Assembly: GCA_002068015.1 (NCBI GenBank)
Contig: MVRV01000184.1
Coordinates: 79,976-143,975 of the forward strand
Direction: 5' to 3'
Source of the DNA: Smithella sp. PtaU1.Bin162
Lineage (GTDB): Bacteria; Desulfobacterota; Syntrophia; Syntrophales; Smithellaceae
Length of the DNA stretch: 64,000 bases
Shown here: positions 9,142 through 18,570 of the stretch, in pieces
Layout: every line of letters begins with the position of its first letter
Position numbering within the stretch: position 1 is the first letter of the stretch
Position numbers and translations under genes: made by a program
The notes under the pieces: generated by a model
The model's input: only the letters and a program-made list of their open reading frames with translations
Told to the model about the DNA's origin: nothing
The model's database searches: none

Positions 9142-10212
9142 CTAGTATGAAAATGGCCAAAGCCGAAAACTGGAGCGTATTATACGCCACAATTCAGCAA
9201 GCCCCCGTGGTTCCAGTAAAATAAATAAAACTATGGCCAGGCCGAAGACAAATTCCCGGAGCGGCGCCATATTCAAACCGGAGCTGGTGATCACTCCTAT
9301 ATTCATAAGCAAGCCGGTAATGTATCGCAAAAACTCGTTGAGCAGTGTAATGAATGTTGCACCGAAAATAGCCCCCGGAATATTACCCATACCGCCAATG
9401 ATAACCATGGCAATATATTCTACGGAAAGACTGAGGTTAAAAGGTTCCGCAGTAATGCTCACCATATAATACGCCCAGAGCGCTCCGGCAAAGCCTGCAT
9501 AAAAAGAGCTGATGGCAAAGGACAGCAACTTATATTTAAAAATCGGAATACCCATGCCTTCCGCCGCCCGGTCATTATCACGAATGGCAATAAAAGCACG
9601 TCCGTATTTGCTGCGCATGATATTGACTGCAAACCAGGTCATTAAAACCAGGCTCACAAATATCAGAAAGAAAAATGCCCTATCGCCGGCTATTTCCCAG
9701 TTAAATATTTTTGCCGCCGGGATTGTTATGCCCATTGTTCCTTTGGTCAGACTGTCCCAATGAACCAGAACATACTCAATTATAAACTGACCGGCCAAAG
9801 TGGCAATTGTTAAATAAAGTCCTTTCAGCCGTCCGGAAGGAATTCCGAAAACCATACCGACAAGAGCAGTGATAATGCCGGCTGCCGGAATGGCAAAGTA
9901 AAAACCAATCCCCAATCGGGTGGCCAGAATCGCCGCAGCATATGCTCCGACGCCAAAAAAAGCACCATGACCCAGAGATATTTGTCCTGTGTAACCTACA
10001 AGAATATTGAGACCAATTGCGGCAATGGCGGCAATACCGATAGTATTTAAAACATACAGCATATATGGGCTGACTATAAACGGTGCGGCAAAAAAGAATA
10101 ACAGCAGAAAAATGCCCATGCAAATCCGGCCGTAGTCTGTTTCGAATATAGTTAGTTCCTGGGCATATTTTTCACGATAATTGCCGCAGGGATGAAATGA
10201 AAATCTTCTCAT
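9142..10212 (-). CDS. branched-chain-amino-acid-type ABC permease, LivM-like
   Basis: Polytopic membrane protein with GQISLGHGAFFGVGAY and a RAIRDN-like IAIRDNDRAAE motif. Confidence 0.9.
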   Translation of the reverse strand: MRRFSFHPCGNYREKYAQELTIFETDYGRICMGIFLLLFFFAAPFIVSPYMLYVLNTIGIAAIAAIGLNILVGYTGQISLGHGAFFGVGAYAAAILATRLGIGFYFAIPAAGIITALVGMVFGIPSGRLKGLYLTIATLAGQFIIEYVLVHWDSLTKGTMGITIPAAKIFNWEIAGDRAFFFLIFVSLVLMTWFAVNIMRSKYGRAFIAIRDNDRAAEGMGIPIFKYKLLSFAISSFYAGFAGALWAYYMVSITAEPFNLSLSVEYIAMVIIGGMGNIPGAIFGATFITLLNEFLRYITGLLMNIGVITSSGLNMAPLREFVFGLAIVLFILLEPRGLAELWRIIRSSFRLWPFSY

Positions 10213-11091
10213 CTAAACCCTCTCAATTTCCACAAGGCCGAATAGTCCGTAAGGCTTAATCAGTAAAATAAAGACCAGCACAATATAAGGTACTACATCA
10301 CGCAGTGACGGTGATAAATAACCGCCGGTAAAAGTTTCCAGAAGCCCGATGATTATTCCGCCGATGATGGCGCCGCCGATGCTGTCCAGTCCGCCTAAAA
10401 TGACCACCGGAAAGACTTTTAACCCGATGGAACTCAAATCATGTACATTAACACCATTAATTATTCCCAACACTATCCCACTCATACTGGCAACAAGAGC
10501 GGCAATTGCCCAGGATAAAGCAAATACACGCCGGACATGAACACCCAATGAAAGAGCGGCTTTTTGATTGTCGGCGACCGAGCGCATATATATTCCCTGT
10601 GAAGATTTTTTAAAAAATAATCCGAACAAAACCAGAAACAGAACGCTGATAACCAGGGTTGCCGTATAAACGGGAGCAATGTAAATGGATCCCCATTGCA
10701 AAGACATGGTTTCCGGTAGAAATTCCGGATAAGTGTGCAAGTTACCACCCCAGATAAGCAGAATAAATCCTTTGAACATTGCGGCCAGCCCAACCGTAAG
10801 CATGATGACAAAAATAAGTTTTTCTCCGATCAGCGGTCTTAAAAAGAATCTTTCAATGATAAATCCCAGGATAAAACAGCCGATCAGTGTCAAAATGAAA
10901 GCTATTAAAATAGGCAATTTCACCCAGGTGATCAGTGCTAAAAAGAAAAAAGCCCCTAAGGCCAGAAGCTCGCCATGAGCAAAATTGAGCACACTGGATG
11001 ATTTGAAAATCATCACGAAACCCATGGCGGATATTCCATAAAGGAGCCCTACGCAAACACCGTTAACCAGCAATTGAAGAAAAAAATCCAT
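10213..11091 (-). CDS. branched-chain-amino-acid-type ABC permease, LivH-like
   Basis: LNFAHGELLALGAF motif and polytopic topology. It abuts the LivM-like gene with no gap. Confidence 0.9.
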   Translation of the reverse strand: MDFFLQLLVNGVCVGLLYGISAMGFVMIFKSSSVLNFAHGELLALGAFFFLALITWVKLPILIAFILTLIGCFILGFIIERFFLRPLIGEKLIFVIMLTVGLAAMFKGFILLIWGGNLHTYPEFLPETMSLQWGSIYIAPVYTATLVISVLFLVLFGLFFKKSSQGIYMRSVADNQKAALSLGVHVRRVFALSWAIAALVASMSGIVLGIINGVNVHDLSSIGLKVFPVVILGGLDSIGGAIIGGIIIGLLETFTGGYLSPSLRDVVPYIVLVFILLIKPYGLFGLVEIERV

Positions 11092-11107
11092 TTTAGAATC
11101 CTCTTGA

Positions 11108-13051
11108 TCAGACTTTTATTATATTTACTGTTGTTTCGATTTCACCGATACGGCCGTCACGGTAACGGACTTTACCCCGGACCGGAACATTTTTTTCATT
11201 GCGGTACATAGCTTCGATAATTTTAATATAAAGACCGTAAACGAAACGCCTTCTTACTTTACCGGTGCGGGTAAGTTCTTCTTCATCGGCATCCAGGAGT
11301 TTGTAAAGCAGAATGAATGTTTTGACTTTCATCAAGTCCGGCAATTGCTCGTTAACATTCCGCACCTCTTTCAAAATCAGTTCTTCGACCGCCGGTTGCT
11401 GAGACAAATCCATATATGTCGTATAGGGAATCATCCGCTCTTCCGCCCAGTTGCCGACATTTCCCATATCTATGTTGATCATTGCAGTTATAAAGGGACG
11501 GTTTTCCCCGAAAATGACCGCTTCTTTAATATAGGGGCTGAACTTTAAACGGGTTTCGATAAAATCAGGAGAAAAAGCTTCCCCGCTCTTATTGCGGATA
11601 ATATCTTCTTTTCGGCCGATTATTAATAAATGACCGTCAGCATCAATGTAACCGGCATCACCCGTTTTCAGCCATCCGTCCAGAAAAGCATTTTGTGTGG
11701 CCTGATAGTCGTTATAATAACCGGAAAAATTAGCAAGACTTTTTACCAGCACTTCCTGATCATCGGCAATTTTCACCTCGGTTTGTGGTAACGGTTTTCC
11801 GACTGTTTCCAGCTTTACTTCCTTGTCCGGCTGAACCTGAAAGATGCCGCCGGCTTCGGTCAAACCATAACATTGCTTAAGATTCAAACCGACGGCGCGA
11901 AAAAAAAGAATTACATCCGGGCTGATGGGATGACCACCGGTAAAAGCACTGCGGAAACAGGAACACCCCATTCGATCCAGAAGCGGGCGATAAACGAGGA
12001 AAGACATTAACTGATACAATAATTTTAAGGGCGGATGTATAGGAACTTTTTTGGCGGTTTTCCCGACAACTGCTTTGCCAATTCTCTCTCCAAGAAAAAA
12101 TAATTTTCTTTTTAACCATCCGGCATCGGATATTTTTACCCGGATACGGGAAGCCATATCTTCCCAAAAACGAGAAGATGTAATAATCATGGACGGACCG
12201 ATATCACGGAAATCTTCGAGCATTGTTTCGGCTGTCTCGGGAAAATTGACTGTCATTGCGCTCACGAGGGCAACACCCATACACCACATCTGATCTACTA
12301 TCCAGGCCGGCGGTGATATCGACATCCAGTTTTCCTCCGGATTAATACCATTGGCTTCAGTCCATTGTCCGGCAATTGCGGATAAATTACGATGGGAAAG
12401 CATTGCCATCTTTGGAATACCGGTAGTTCCTGAAGTTTGGATCATTACGGCAATATCATCAGAACGACCTTTTTTTATTTCTTCTTCAATAAAATTTTTA
12501 TTTTCCTGAAGAAATTTATCTCCTGCTTCCAATAAACGGGCGTAGCTTATCAACCATGGATCATTTTCGTAAGAAGTCATTCCGGTAGGATCGATATAAA
12601 CAACTTTCCGAATATGAGGAAGCTTATCTCTGACTTCCAGAAGCTTATCTGTTTGTTCCTGATCCTGCACCACAACAATCGGAGAATTAATTCGCTTAAT
12701 TGATGTGCACAATTCCTCGGCGACTGATGAGGTAAATAAATTGAGAGTTGTTGCTCCCAAAGCGTGTGCGGCAATTACCGAAAATAACCACTCCGGATGA
12801 TTTTCCACAATCAGGCAAACCGTTTCGCCCCTCTTGAGGTTCAGGGCGGCCAATCCGCCGGCCGTCTTTTTCATAAAGCGATAATAATCATTCCAGCTGT
12901 ACTTCTGCCAGATTCCGTAAGCCTTATCACGGATAGCGGTTTTACGATCGCCGTATTTAGCCGCATTACCGGCAAGTATCTGCGGAAGAGTATTTTCGTT
13001 CTCCATGTTTATTTGTCTGGTTGAATCCAAAATATTCCGCCTGTATTCCAT
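11108..13051 (-). CDS. AMP-forming acyl-CoA ligase (long-chain-fatty-acid-CoA-ligase-like) embedded in the ABC operon
   Basis: Adenylate-forming motifs TSGTTGIPK, CYGLTEAGG, WLKTGDAGYIDADGHLLIIGRKED and a terminal GKVRRR. The start ATG overlaps the upstream ATPase stop (TAATG). Confidence 0.88.
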   Translation of the reverse strand: MEYRRNILDSTRQINMENENTLPQILAGNAAKYGDRKTAIRDKAYGIWQKYSWNDYYRFMKKTAGGLAALNLKRGETVCLIVENHPEWLFSVIAAHALGATTLNLFTSSVAEELCTSIKRINSPIVVVQDQEQTDKLLEVRDKLPHIRKVVYIDPTGMTSYENDPWLISYARLLEAGDKFLQENKNFIEEEIKKGRSDDIAVMIQTSGTTGIPKMAMLSHRNLSAIAGQWTEANGINPEENWMSISPPAWIVDQMWCMGVALVSAMTVNFPETAETMLEDFRDIGPSMIITSSRFWEDMASRIRVKISDAGWLKRKLFFLGERIGKAVVGKTAKKVPIHPPLKLLYQLMSFLVYRPLLDRMGCSCFRSAFTGGHPISPDVILFFRAVGLNLKQCYGLTEAGGIFQVQPDKEVKLETVGKPLPQTEVKIADDQEVLVKSLANFSGYYNDYQATQNAFLDGWLKTGDAGYIDADGHLLIIGRKEDIIRNKSGEAFSPDFIETRLKFSPYIKEAVIFGENRPFITAMINIDMGNVGNWAEERMIPYTTYMDLSQQPAVEELILKEVRNVNEQLPDLMKVKTFILLYKLLDADEEELTRTGKVRRRFVYGLYIKIIEAMYRNEKNVPVRGKVRYRDGRIGEIETTVNIIKV

Positions 13052-13878
13052 TATAATTTTTCAACATCACCCAGATAGGCTTTAATTACTTCCGGATGAC
13101 TGCTGATTTCCGCGGGTGTCCCCTCGCCCAGTTTTTCACCAAAATTCAAAACCATGATTCGCTGCGAAATGCTCATGACTATAGACATGTCATGTTCGAC
13201 TAAAATCATCGTGAGTCTCCATGTTTTGTTTAATTCCATAAGGAAACGCACCATATCTTCTTTCTCTTCCAGGTTCATTCCGGCAAACGGTTCATCTAAA
13301 ATGAGCAAGCGCGGTTCCAAAGCAAGAGCCCTACCCAATTCCACTCTTTTCATCATTCCATAGGGTAGAGAACCGACGGTTTTTTTGCGAATGGGCTGCA
13401 TCTCCAAAAAATCGATTATTTCCTCCAGAATTTGCCGGTGCCGGATTTCTTCATTTTTTACCGCCCCGGAAAACAGGCAAGAGCCGATAAAGCTGTAACG
13501 GCAGTGGATATGACGGGCCAGAGTCATATTTGCGAGCACCGTCATACCGGGAAACAGCTCGATATTCTGAAATGTCCTGCCGATACCGACTCCCACTAAT
13601 TCATGCGTATGCAAATTGGTAATATCCCGATCATTAAAAATTATCCGGCCTTTTTGCGGATGATAGAAGCCGGTAATACAATTAAGCAAACTGGTTTTAC
13701 CTGCTCCGTTGGGGCCAATCACAGCCATCAATTCTCCTGTGTGAACATCAAGACTGACATCTTTAACGGCAGTTACGCCGCCAAAACTCAGGCTGAGGTT
13801 GTTGATGGCCAATTCGGCCTTTTTATCTTCTTCCCGCCGGTCGCTCATTATAGACGGCCGGCCACGAAAAGCTTTCAT
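13051..13878 (-). CDS. ABC transporter ATP-binding protein, LivG-like
   Basis: Walker A GPNGAGKTS, LPYGMMKRVELGRAL, Walker B LLILDEPFAG. AAGGA lies 6 nt upstream of ATG 13878. Confidence 0.9.
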   Translation of the reverse strand: MKAFRGRPSIMSDRREEDKKAELAINNLSLSFGGVTAVKDVSLDVHTGELMAVIGPNGAGKTSLLNCITGFYHPQKGRIIFNDRDITNLHTHELVGVGIGRTFQNIELFPGMTVLANMTLARHIHCRYSFIGSCLFSGAVKNEEIRHRQILEEIIDFLEMQPIRKKTVGSLPYGMMKRVELGRALALEPRLLILDEPFAGMNLEEKEDMVRFLMELNKTWRLTMILVEHDMSIVMSISQRIMVLNFGEKLGEGTPAEISSHPEVIKAYLGDVEKL

Positions 13879-13894
13879 GTCTATCCTTGAATAA

Positions 13895-15094
13895 TTACTT
13901 GATCAGTTTTATCTTGCTTTTTCCCGGAACATAAAAATTGGTAAGCGGCACGTATGTTCCGTCTTCCTTTACCTTTACCATCCGGGCAGTAAATGAACCA
14001 CCATGATCTTCTTTAGTATAAGTAACTTTGGGTATCAAACCGCCGAAATCTTCATTTTGAAAAGACTCCATAGCGGCATTTATTGTTTCGGGGTTTATAG
14101 TTTTTGATTTTTCGTATGCACGGATAAACGCCCTCTCCATAATCATGCCGACGGCAACTCCCTCCCAGTAAGATGCGTCAAATTTTTCTACCGTTTTATA
14201 ACGCTTCCAAAGCTCTTTCATTATGTCCATTCCAGAAGCTTTATCCGTCGGCAGTACTCCCGGAAATTGAATAACCAGGCGGTCGCGAATCAATCCTTTG
14301 CTCATCTTAAAAAAATCCGGATCAGTTGATGTCCACGTACCTAAAAATAAAGGATTGTAATTAATACGATCCGAACTCTTAAAGGCAGTTATAATTGCCG
14401 ATGGCAACATCTGCATGAAGATATATTCGGCGCCGGCTTTCTGCAGTCGCAGCAGCTCCGTGTTCAGATCAACTGTTTTCGGCGGAAATTCTTCAACTGC
14501 TACAATACTGATATTTAATTTGGCCGCATATTCTTTACTGGGTTCATGAATTGAACGGCCATAGGCATTATTATATGTAAGCAGTCCGACTTTCGGAGCA
14601 CTATTCCCCTTATGGATTGCCCGGATATATTCCAATACTGCCTGGCAATCCATTTTATAACTGCCGAAAGGCAGATACATATACTCAATAGGCTTTTCCA
14701 GAATTTCCCAACTGGTGGAATAGTTTATGGTTGGTATTTTATATTTTTGCACAATCGGCTTTGCGGCCAGTCCTTCGCCGGCACCCCAGGTAGCAATCAT
14801 GTCTACTTTATCCTGCAGAGCAAATTTCTGCACCGCGGCTACGGCTTCCGGCACCTTATAAGCAGTATCCACGGAAATCATTTCAATCTTGTTGCCGGAA
14901 ACCCCACCTTTGACTTCATTGACATAACGGAAATAATCACGCTGACCTTTTTCATGAAACTGCCCCCAGGTTGATGCAGGTCCCGTCATATTTATAGCTG
15001 CTCCGACTTTTATAGCTTTGGCCAGGCCATCGGTATAACCGGCAATCAAGAAAACCGCGGCCATCATTCCTATCAACCAATTATTTTTTTTCAT
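13895..15094 (-). CDS. ABC transporter periplasmic substrate-binding protein, LivK/type-I PBP family
   Basis: ATG 15094 is preceded by GGGAGGG. Signal peptide MKKNNWLIGMMAAVFLIAGY, then IKVGAAINMTGPAS, typical of Leu/Ile/Val-binding-protein-like PBPs. Confidence 0.88.
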   Translation of the reverse strand: MKKNNWLIGMMAAVFLIAGYTDGLAKAIKVGAAINMTGPASTWGQFHEKGQRDYFRYVNEVKGGVSGNKIEMISVDTAYKVPEAVAAVQKFALQDKVDMIATWGAGEGLAAKPIVQKYKIPTINYSTSWEILEKPIEYMYLPFGSYKMDCQAVLEYIRAIHKGNSAPKVGLLTYNNAYGRSIHEPSKEYAAKLNISIVAVEEFPPKTVDLNTELLRLQKAGAEYIFMQMLPSAIITAFKSSDRINYNPLFLGTWTSTDPDFFKMSKGLIRDRLVIQFPGVLPTDKASGMDIMKELWKRYKTVEKFDASYWEGVAVGMIMERAFIRAYEKSKTINPETINAAMESFQNEDFGGLIPKVTYTKEDHGGSFTARMVKVKEDGTYVPLTNFYVPGKSKIKLIK

Positions 15095-15130
15095 TTTACC
15101 CTCCCTTTTTATGATTCGAAAATTTATGAC

Positions 15131-15168
15131 AAAAAAAAACCGTGGGCTGATATTCATCTGCCCACGGT
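15131..15168 (-). terminator. strong Rho-independent terminator between the response-regulator gene and the binding-protein gene
   Basis: The minus strand reads ACCGTGGGC-(12-nt loop)-GCCCACGGT followed by nine T. It ends 36 nt upstream of the binding-protein ATG. Confidence 0.75.
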
Positions 15169-15188
15169 TCATTTCCCTTTGGAAGTGG

Positions 15189-15281
15189 TCATGATCCTAT
15201 CAGGCAGACCTTGGCGCTAAAGCTAAAAAAATAAAAAAAAGCTACCTGATAAGAAAACGATTTTTTAATCATATTTTTCAT
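15189..15281 (-). CDS. candidate leader mini-ORF (30 codons, Phe/Tyr-rich): MKNMIKKSFSYQVAFFYFFSFSAKVCLIGS
   Basis: Hand translation of the minus strand. AAGAGG lies only 3 nt upstream of the ATG. The stop is 20 nt before the terminator stem. The Phe run coincides with a T-tract, so it may be fortuitous. Confidence 0.2.
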   Translation of the reverse strand: MKNMIKKSFSYQVAFFYFFSFSAKVCLIGS

Positions 15282-15300
15282 TAACCTCTTGGTTTTGGCA

Positions 15301-15328
15301 TATAAAGCGAAGCGGTATTAAAAGTCAA
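15301..15328 (-). promoter_or_regulatory. candidate sigma70 promoter upstream of the leader and ABC operon
   Basis: The minus strand reads TTGACT (15328-15323), 16-nt spacer, TTTATA (15306-15301). Confidence 0.4.
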
Positions 15329-15393
15329 GAAAAAAGTGAATGTTGTTGATTTAAAAATTTATTTCAGAGTTATAGGAAACAACGACTCCGAAT

Positions 15394-16752
15394 TTACTCA
15401 ATTCCCAGTTTCTCAATGCGATAGCGTAAGGAATCAAATGTTACCTGTAAGAGTTCACCGGCTCGTGTTTTTGATCCCTTAGCTTTTTGCAAGGCTTTTT
15501 CAATGAATTTTTTTTCTATTTTCCCCATTTCCTCATTCAAATTTATACCTTTATCGGGAATTTCGATATGCAGGTTGTTTATATCAGCGGCACTTGATGA
15601 CAATAATAAATTTTCCGGTAAAATTATGTTGGAGCTTTCCATGGCCACACTGCGCTCAATAATATTCTCCAACTCGCGAATGTTACCGGGAAAGGCATAA
15701 TTCATTAATAATTCCATGGCATAGGAAGATATTGTACGTATTTCCTTATTAAATTCCCGGGCATACTTTTCGATAAAATGTTTTGTTAATAATGGTATGT
15801 CCTCCTTACGCTCCCGGAGCGGCGGCATGTGTATGGGAATTACATTGAGGCGAAAATATAAATCCTCACGGAAATCTCCCCTCTTAACTTTTTCCTCCAG
15901 GTTCTGATTGGTTGCGGAAATTATACGCACGTCAACTTTGATATCGTCAGCACCGCCGATACGCCGGAAAGTTTTTTCCTGGACAACTCTTAAAAGTTTA
16001 ACCTGCAGGAGCGGCGATAATTCACCAATTTCATCAAGAAAAATCGTTCCTCCCCGGGCCATTTCAAAAAGGCCTGCTTTATCGTTATAAGCACCGGTAA
16101 AAGAACCTTTGGTATAACCAAAGAACTCACTCTCCAGCAGGTTTTCCGGTATTCCTCCGCAATTAATTACTACTATGGGCATTGTGGAGCGTGAAGAATT
16201 TTCATGAATAGCCCGGGCTATCAGCTCCTTTCCTGTTCCACTTTCGCCAAGAATTAAAATATTTGCCGGCGTATCTGCCACTTTTTTAATCGTTGCGTAT
16301 ATTTTCTGCATTTCCCGCGTCACCCCGATCATGCCGCAGAATGATAATTCTTCCTTTATGTGTTTCGTTTCATTTTTTTCATTGATTAAACCTTTTTTGA
16401 GAAGCGCAGAACGAACAATTCGCTTTAATTCATCAATACTGCCGCCTTTCTCCACATAGTCATAAGCTCCTTCTTTCATCGCATTGACGGCTGTTTCCCC
16501 TGACGCATAAGCAGTAACCAGAATTACTATTGTTTCCGGTCTCAGATCTTTTATGTTTTTCAAAAATTCAATACCATCGATCTTCGGCATTTTCAAATCC
16601 GTTATCACCAGATCAAAAGCGGTCTTGTGACAAATATTGAGCGCCTTGGCCGGACCTTCGGTTGTGGTTACATCGTAACCTTCTTTAGTCAGCATTATTT
16701 CCATAAACTCCCTCATGCCCTGATCATCATCGACAACCAAAATCTTCGCCAT
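15394..16752 (-). CDS. sigma54-dependent response regulator (NtrC/AtoC family)
   Basis: Receiver domain ([17 protein letters not shown]), AAA+ sigma54-interaction domain ([14 protein letters not shown]-like GSFTGA, ESEFFGY) and a C-terminal HTH. ATG 16752 is preceded by AAGGGAGA. Confidence 0.92.
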   Translation of the reverse strand: MAKILVVDDDQGMREFMEIMLTKEGYDVTTTEGPAKALNICHKTAFDLVITDLKMPKIDGIEFLKNIKDLRPETIVILVTAYASGETAVNAMKEGAYDYVEKGGSIDELKRIVRSALLKKGLINEKNETKHIKEELSFCGMIGVTREMQKIYATIKKVADTPANILILGESGTGKELIARAIHENSSRSTMPIVVINCGGIPENLLESEFFGYTKGSFTGAYNDKAGLFEMARGGTIFLDEIGELSPLLQVKLLRVVQEKTFRRIGGADDIKVDVRIISATNQNLEEKVKRGDFREDLYFRLNVIPIHMPPLRERKEDIPLLTKHFIEKYAREFNKEIRTISSYAMELLMNYAFPGNIRELENIIERSVAMESSNIILPENLLLSSSAADINNLHIEIPDKGINLNEEMGKIEKKFIEKALQKAKGSKTRAGELLQVTFDSLRYRIEKLGIE

Positions 16753-16801
16753 GTAATCATCTCCCTTCAACGGAATCTATAGCCTGTATATAAATTATAT
16801 G

Positions 16802-18469
16802 TTATCTTTTGCTCGGCAGCCACACTGTACAAACGGTTCCCTTACTAATGTCGCTTTCCATCTTGATTCTTCCACCGTACCCGTCAACAATCCTGCTGAC
16901 AATCGCCAATCCCAAGCCTGTTCCTTTATCCTTATTTGTATAAAAAGGCTCAAATATTTTTTGTAACTCGTTTTCATCAATCCCCGGACCTGTATCAGAT
17001 ATTATTAGTTCCACGACCTCTTTATTGTGATGAATTATTGATTTTACGTTAACAGATAGGATTCCACCCTCTTCCATAGCTTGAATCGCATTTAGCACCA
17101 AATTATGAACTATTTGCCGGATCTGTTCAGCATTGGCGTGAGTGGTTACTTTTTCCGTCAATGATGAATTTATTTTTATTTTACTTGTCCAGTCTTTGGA
17201 TAGCTTTATATTTTCCAGAACATCCTGTGCAATCTCTGACACATTTATTAATTCCCTGACCTGGGGAATCGGCCGGGCCAATAAAAGAAAATCGCGAACA
17301 AAGTTATCCAATTGTTCTTTGCCGCGCACTATTATCTGCATCAAACGTTCGTCGGTATCTTTTAAATTCAGGCTTTGTCTTAATAATTCAATGGAACCGG
17401 TAATTGATGCCAGAGGGTTTCTCATTTCATGGGCAAGACCGGCAGCCATTTCACCGATCAACGCCAGTCGTTTACTTTTTTCCAGAGTTTCTTCCATTAA
17501 TTTTATCTCTGTAAGGTCCTGAAAGATTAGGATACTGCCGATCTGCTTATCCTGTTTATCCCTTAAAGGAGAAGTTGAACATCCCAAATTAAGTTTTTTT
17601 CCATTTTTACCTTGAAGTATAATTTCCATCCTGTTTTTTGTTTGTCCCAACTTTCTTTCCGAAGGAGGGAAAACGGCAAGTTCCGGTAATACATCGGTAA
17701 CCGGTTTATTTTTTACTGAAGAAAAGGGAAATCCCGTAATTTCTTCCGCTGCTCGATTAAAAGTCTTTATTGTACCTTTTAAATCAATGGTCATTACGCC
17801 AGTATCCACGGATTCAATTATGCTGCGAAAAAGTAAGTCCAGTTGATTAAATGCTGATTCTCTTTCCTGTAACAGGTGTCTCGTCTTTTTTTCCTGTTCA
17901 ACAACAAAGCTTGCTAAAAATGCTAATACATAAAAGGATACAATATGTACCAATATGCGGATGAAAACATCTTCCGCCGTCAAATCGTAATTATGCTCCG
18001 TTGCAGGAACGGAAGGGATGATTTTGTAAAACTCAAAATCCAAAAGCAAACCATAGAAGATGCCCGCAGCGGAAGCTATAATGAGTCCGCCGTAACGTCC
18101 GAGAAATATCACCGAGTATATTATCACTAGGGTATAGAGAACAGAATAATTGCTGTTTAAACTTCCCGTAATATAAACCAGCAACGTTACCAAAAGAACA
18201 TCAACTGCCGATTGCAAATAAATATTAATTTTTAAATCTTTGATTATTCTTAGAAGCAGGATGTAGGCAATGGAGAAAAAGTATGTTGCGGCAATCATAA
18301 AATAAAAAAAGTTAAGCGTGCTTACGGATACCGGAAATCCTGTTTTCTTAATATCGATAAAAATAGCAACACCAAGAAACAGCGTAATGATGATTAGCCT
18401 GAAAATGATTAATAGGTTCAGTCGGGTTTTGTCTTTCTCTTCTATTGTAACTTCCCTGTTTTCTACCAT
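16802..18469 (-). CDS. membrane-bound PAS-domain sensor histidine kinase
   Basis: N-terminal multi-helix membrane region, a PAS-like segment, H-box LAHEMRNPL, and N/G boxes (NLVLNAIQA, DTGPGI, GTGLGLAI). Confidence 0.9.
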   Translation of the reverse strand: MVENREVTIEEKDKTRLNLLIIFRLIIITLFLGVAIFIDIKKTGFPVSVSTLNFFYFMIAATYFFSIAYILLLRIIKDLKINIYLQSAVDVLLVTLLVYITGSLNSNYSVLYTLVIIYSVIFLGRYGGLIIASAAGIFYGLLLDFEFYKIIPSVPATEHNYDLTAEDVFIRILVHIVSFYVLAFLASFVVEQEKKTRHLLQERESAFNQLDLLFRSIIESVDTGVMTIDLKGTIKTFNRAAEEITGFPFSSVKNKPVTDVLPELAVFPPSERKLGQTKNRMEIILQGKNGKKLNLGCSTSPLRDKQDKQIGSILIFQDLTEIKLMEETLEKSKRLALIGEMAAGLAHEMRNPLASITGSIELLRQSLNLKDTDERLMQIIVRGKEQLDNFVRDFLLLARPIPQVRELINVSEIAQDVLENIKLSKDWTSKIKINSSLTEKVTTHANAEQIRQIVHNLVLNAIQAMEEGGILSVNVKSIIHHNKEVVELIISDTGPGIDENELQKIFEPFYTNKDKGTGLGLAIVSRIVDGYGGRIKMESDISKGTVCTVWLPSKR

Positions 18470-18510
18470 TACTTTTTAATATCCTTTTTGACGCAACATA
18501 TTGCAAGGCA

Positions 18511-18519
18511 TGCTATAAT
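18511..18519 (+). promoter_or_regulatory. candidate extended -10 promoter for comEC
   Basis: TGcTATAAT at 18511-18519. There is no good -35 at canonical spacing. Confidence 0.4.
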
Positions 18520-18570
18520 ATTTTAATTATTTTGGCTAATAATTTTGATAAATCCTCGGGGGGGGATATA

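Noticed and set aside
15095-15393. Expected sigma54 (-24 GG / -12 GC) promoter in front of the ABC/ligase operon, given the adjacent NtrC-type regulator
   Set aside because: I checked each GG on the minus strand. None has GC at the +12 spacing with TGGCA/TTGC context. The closest is cGGAGTcgttgTTTCc, which lacks the conserved GC.
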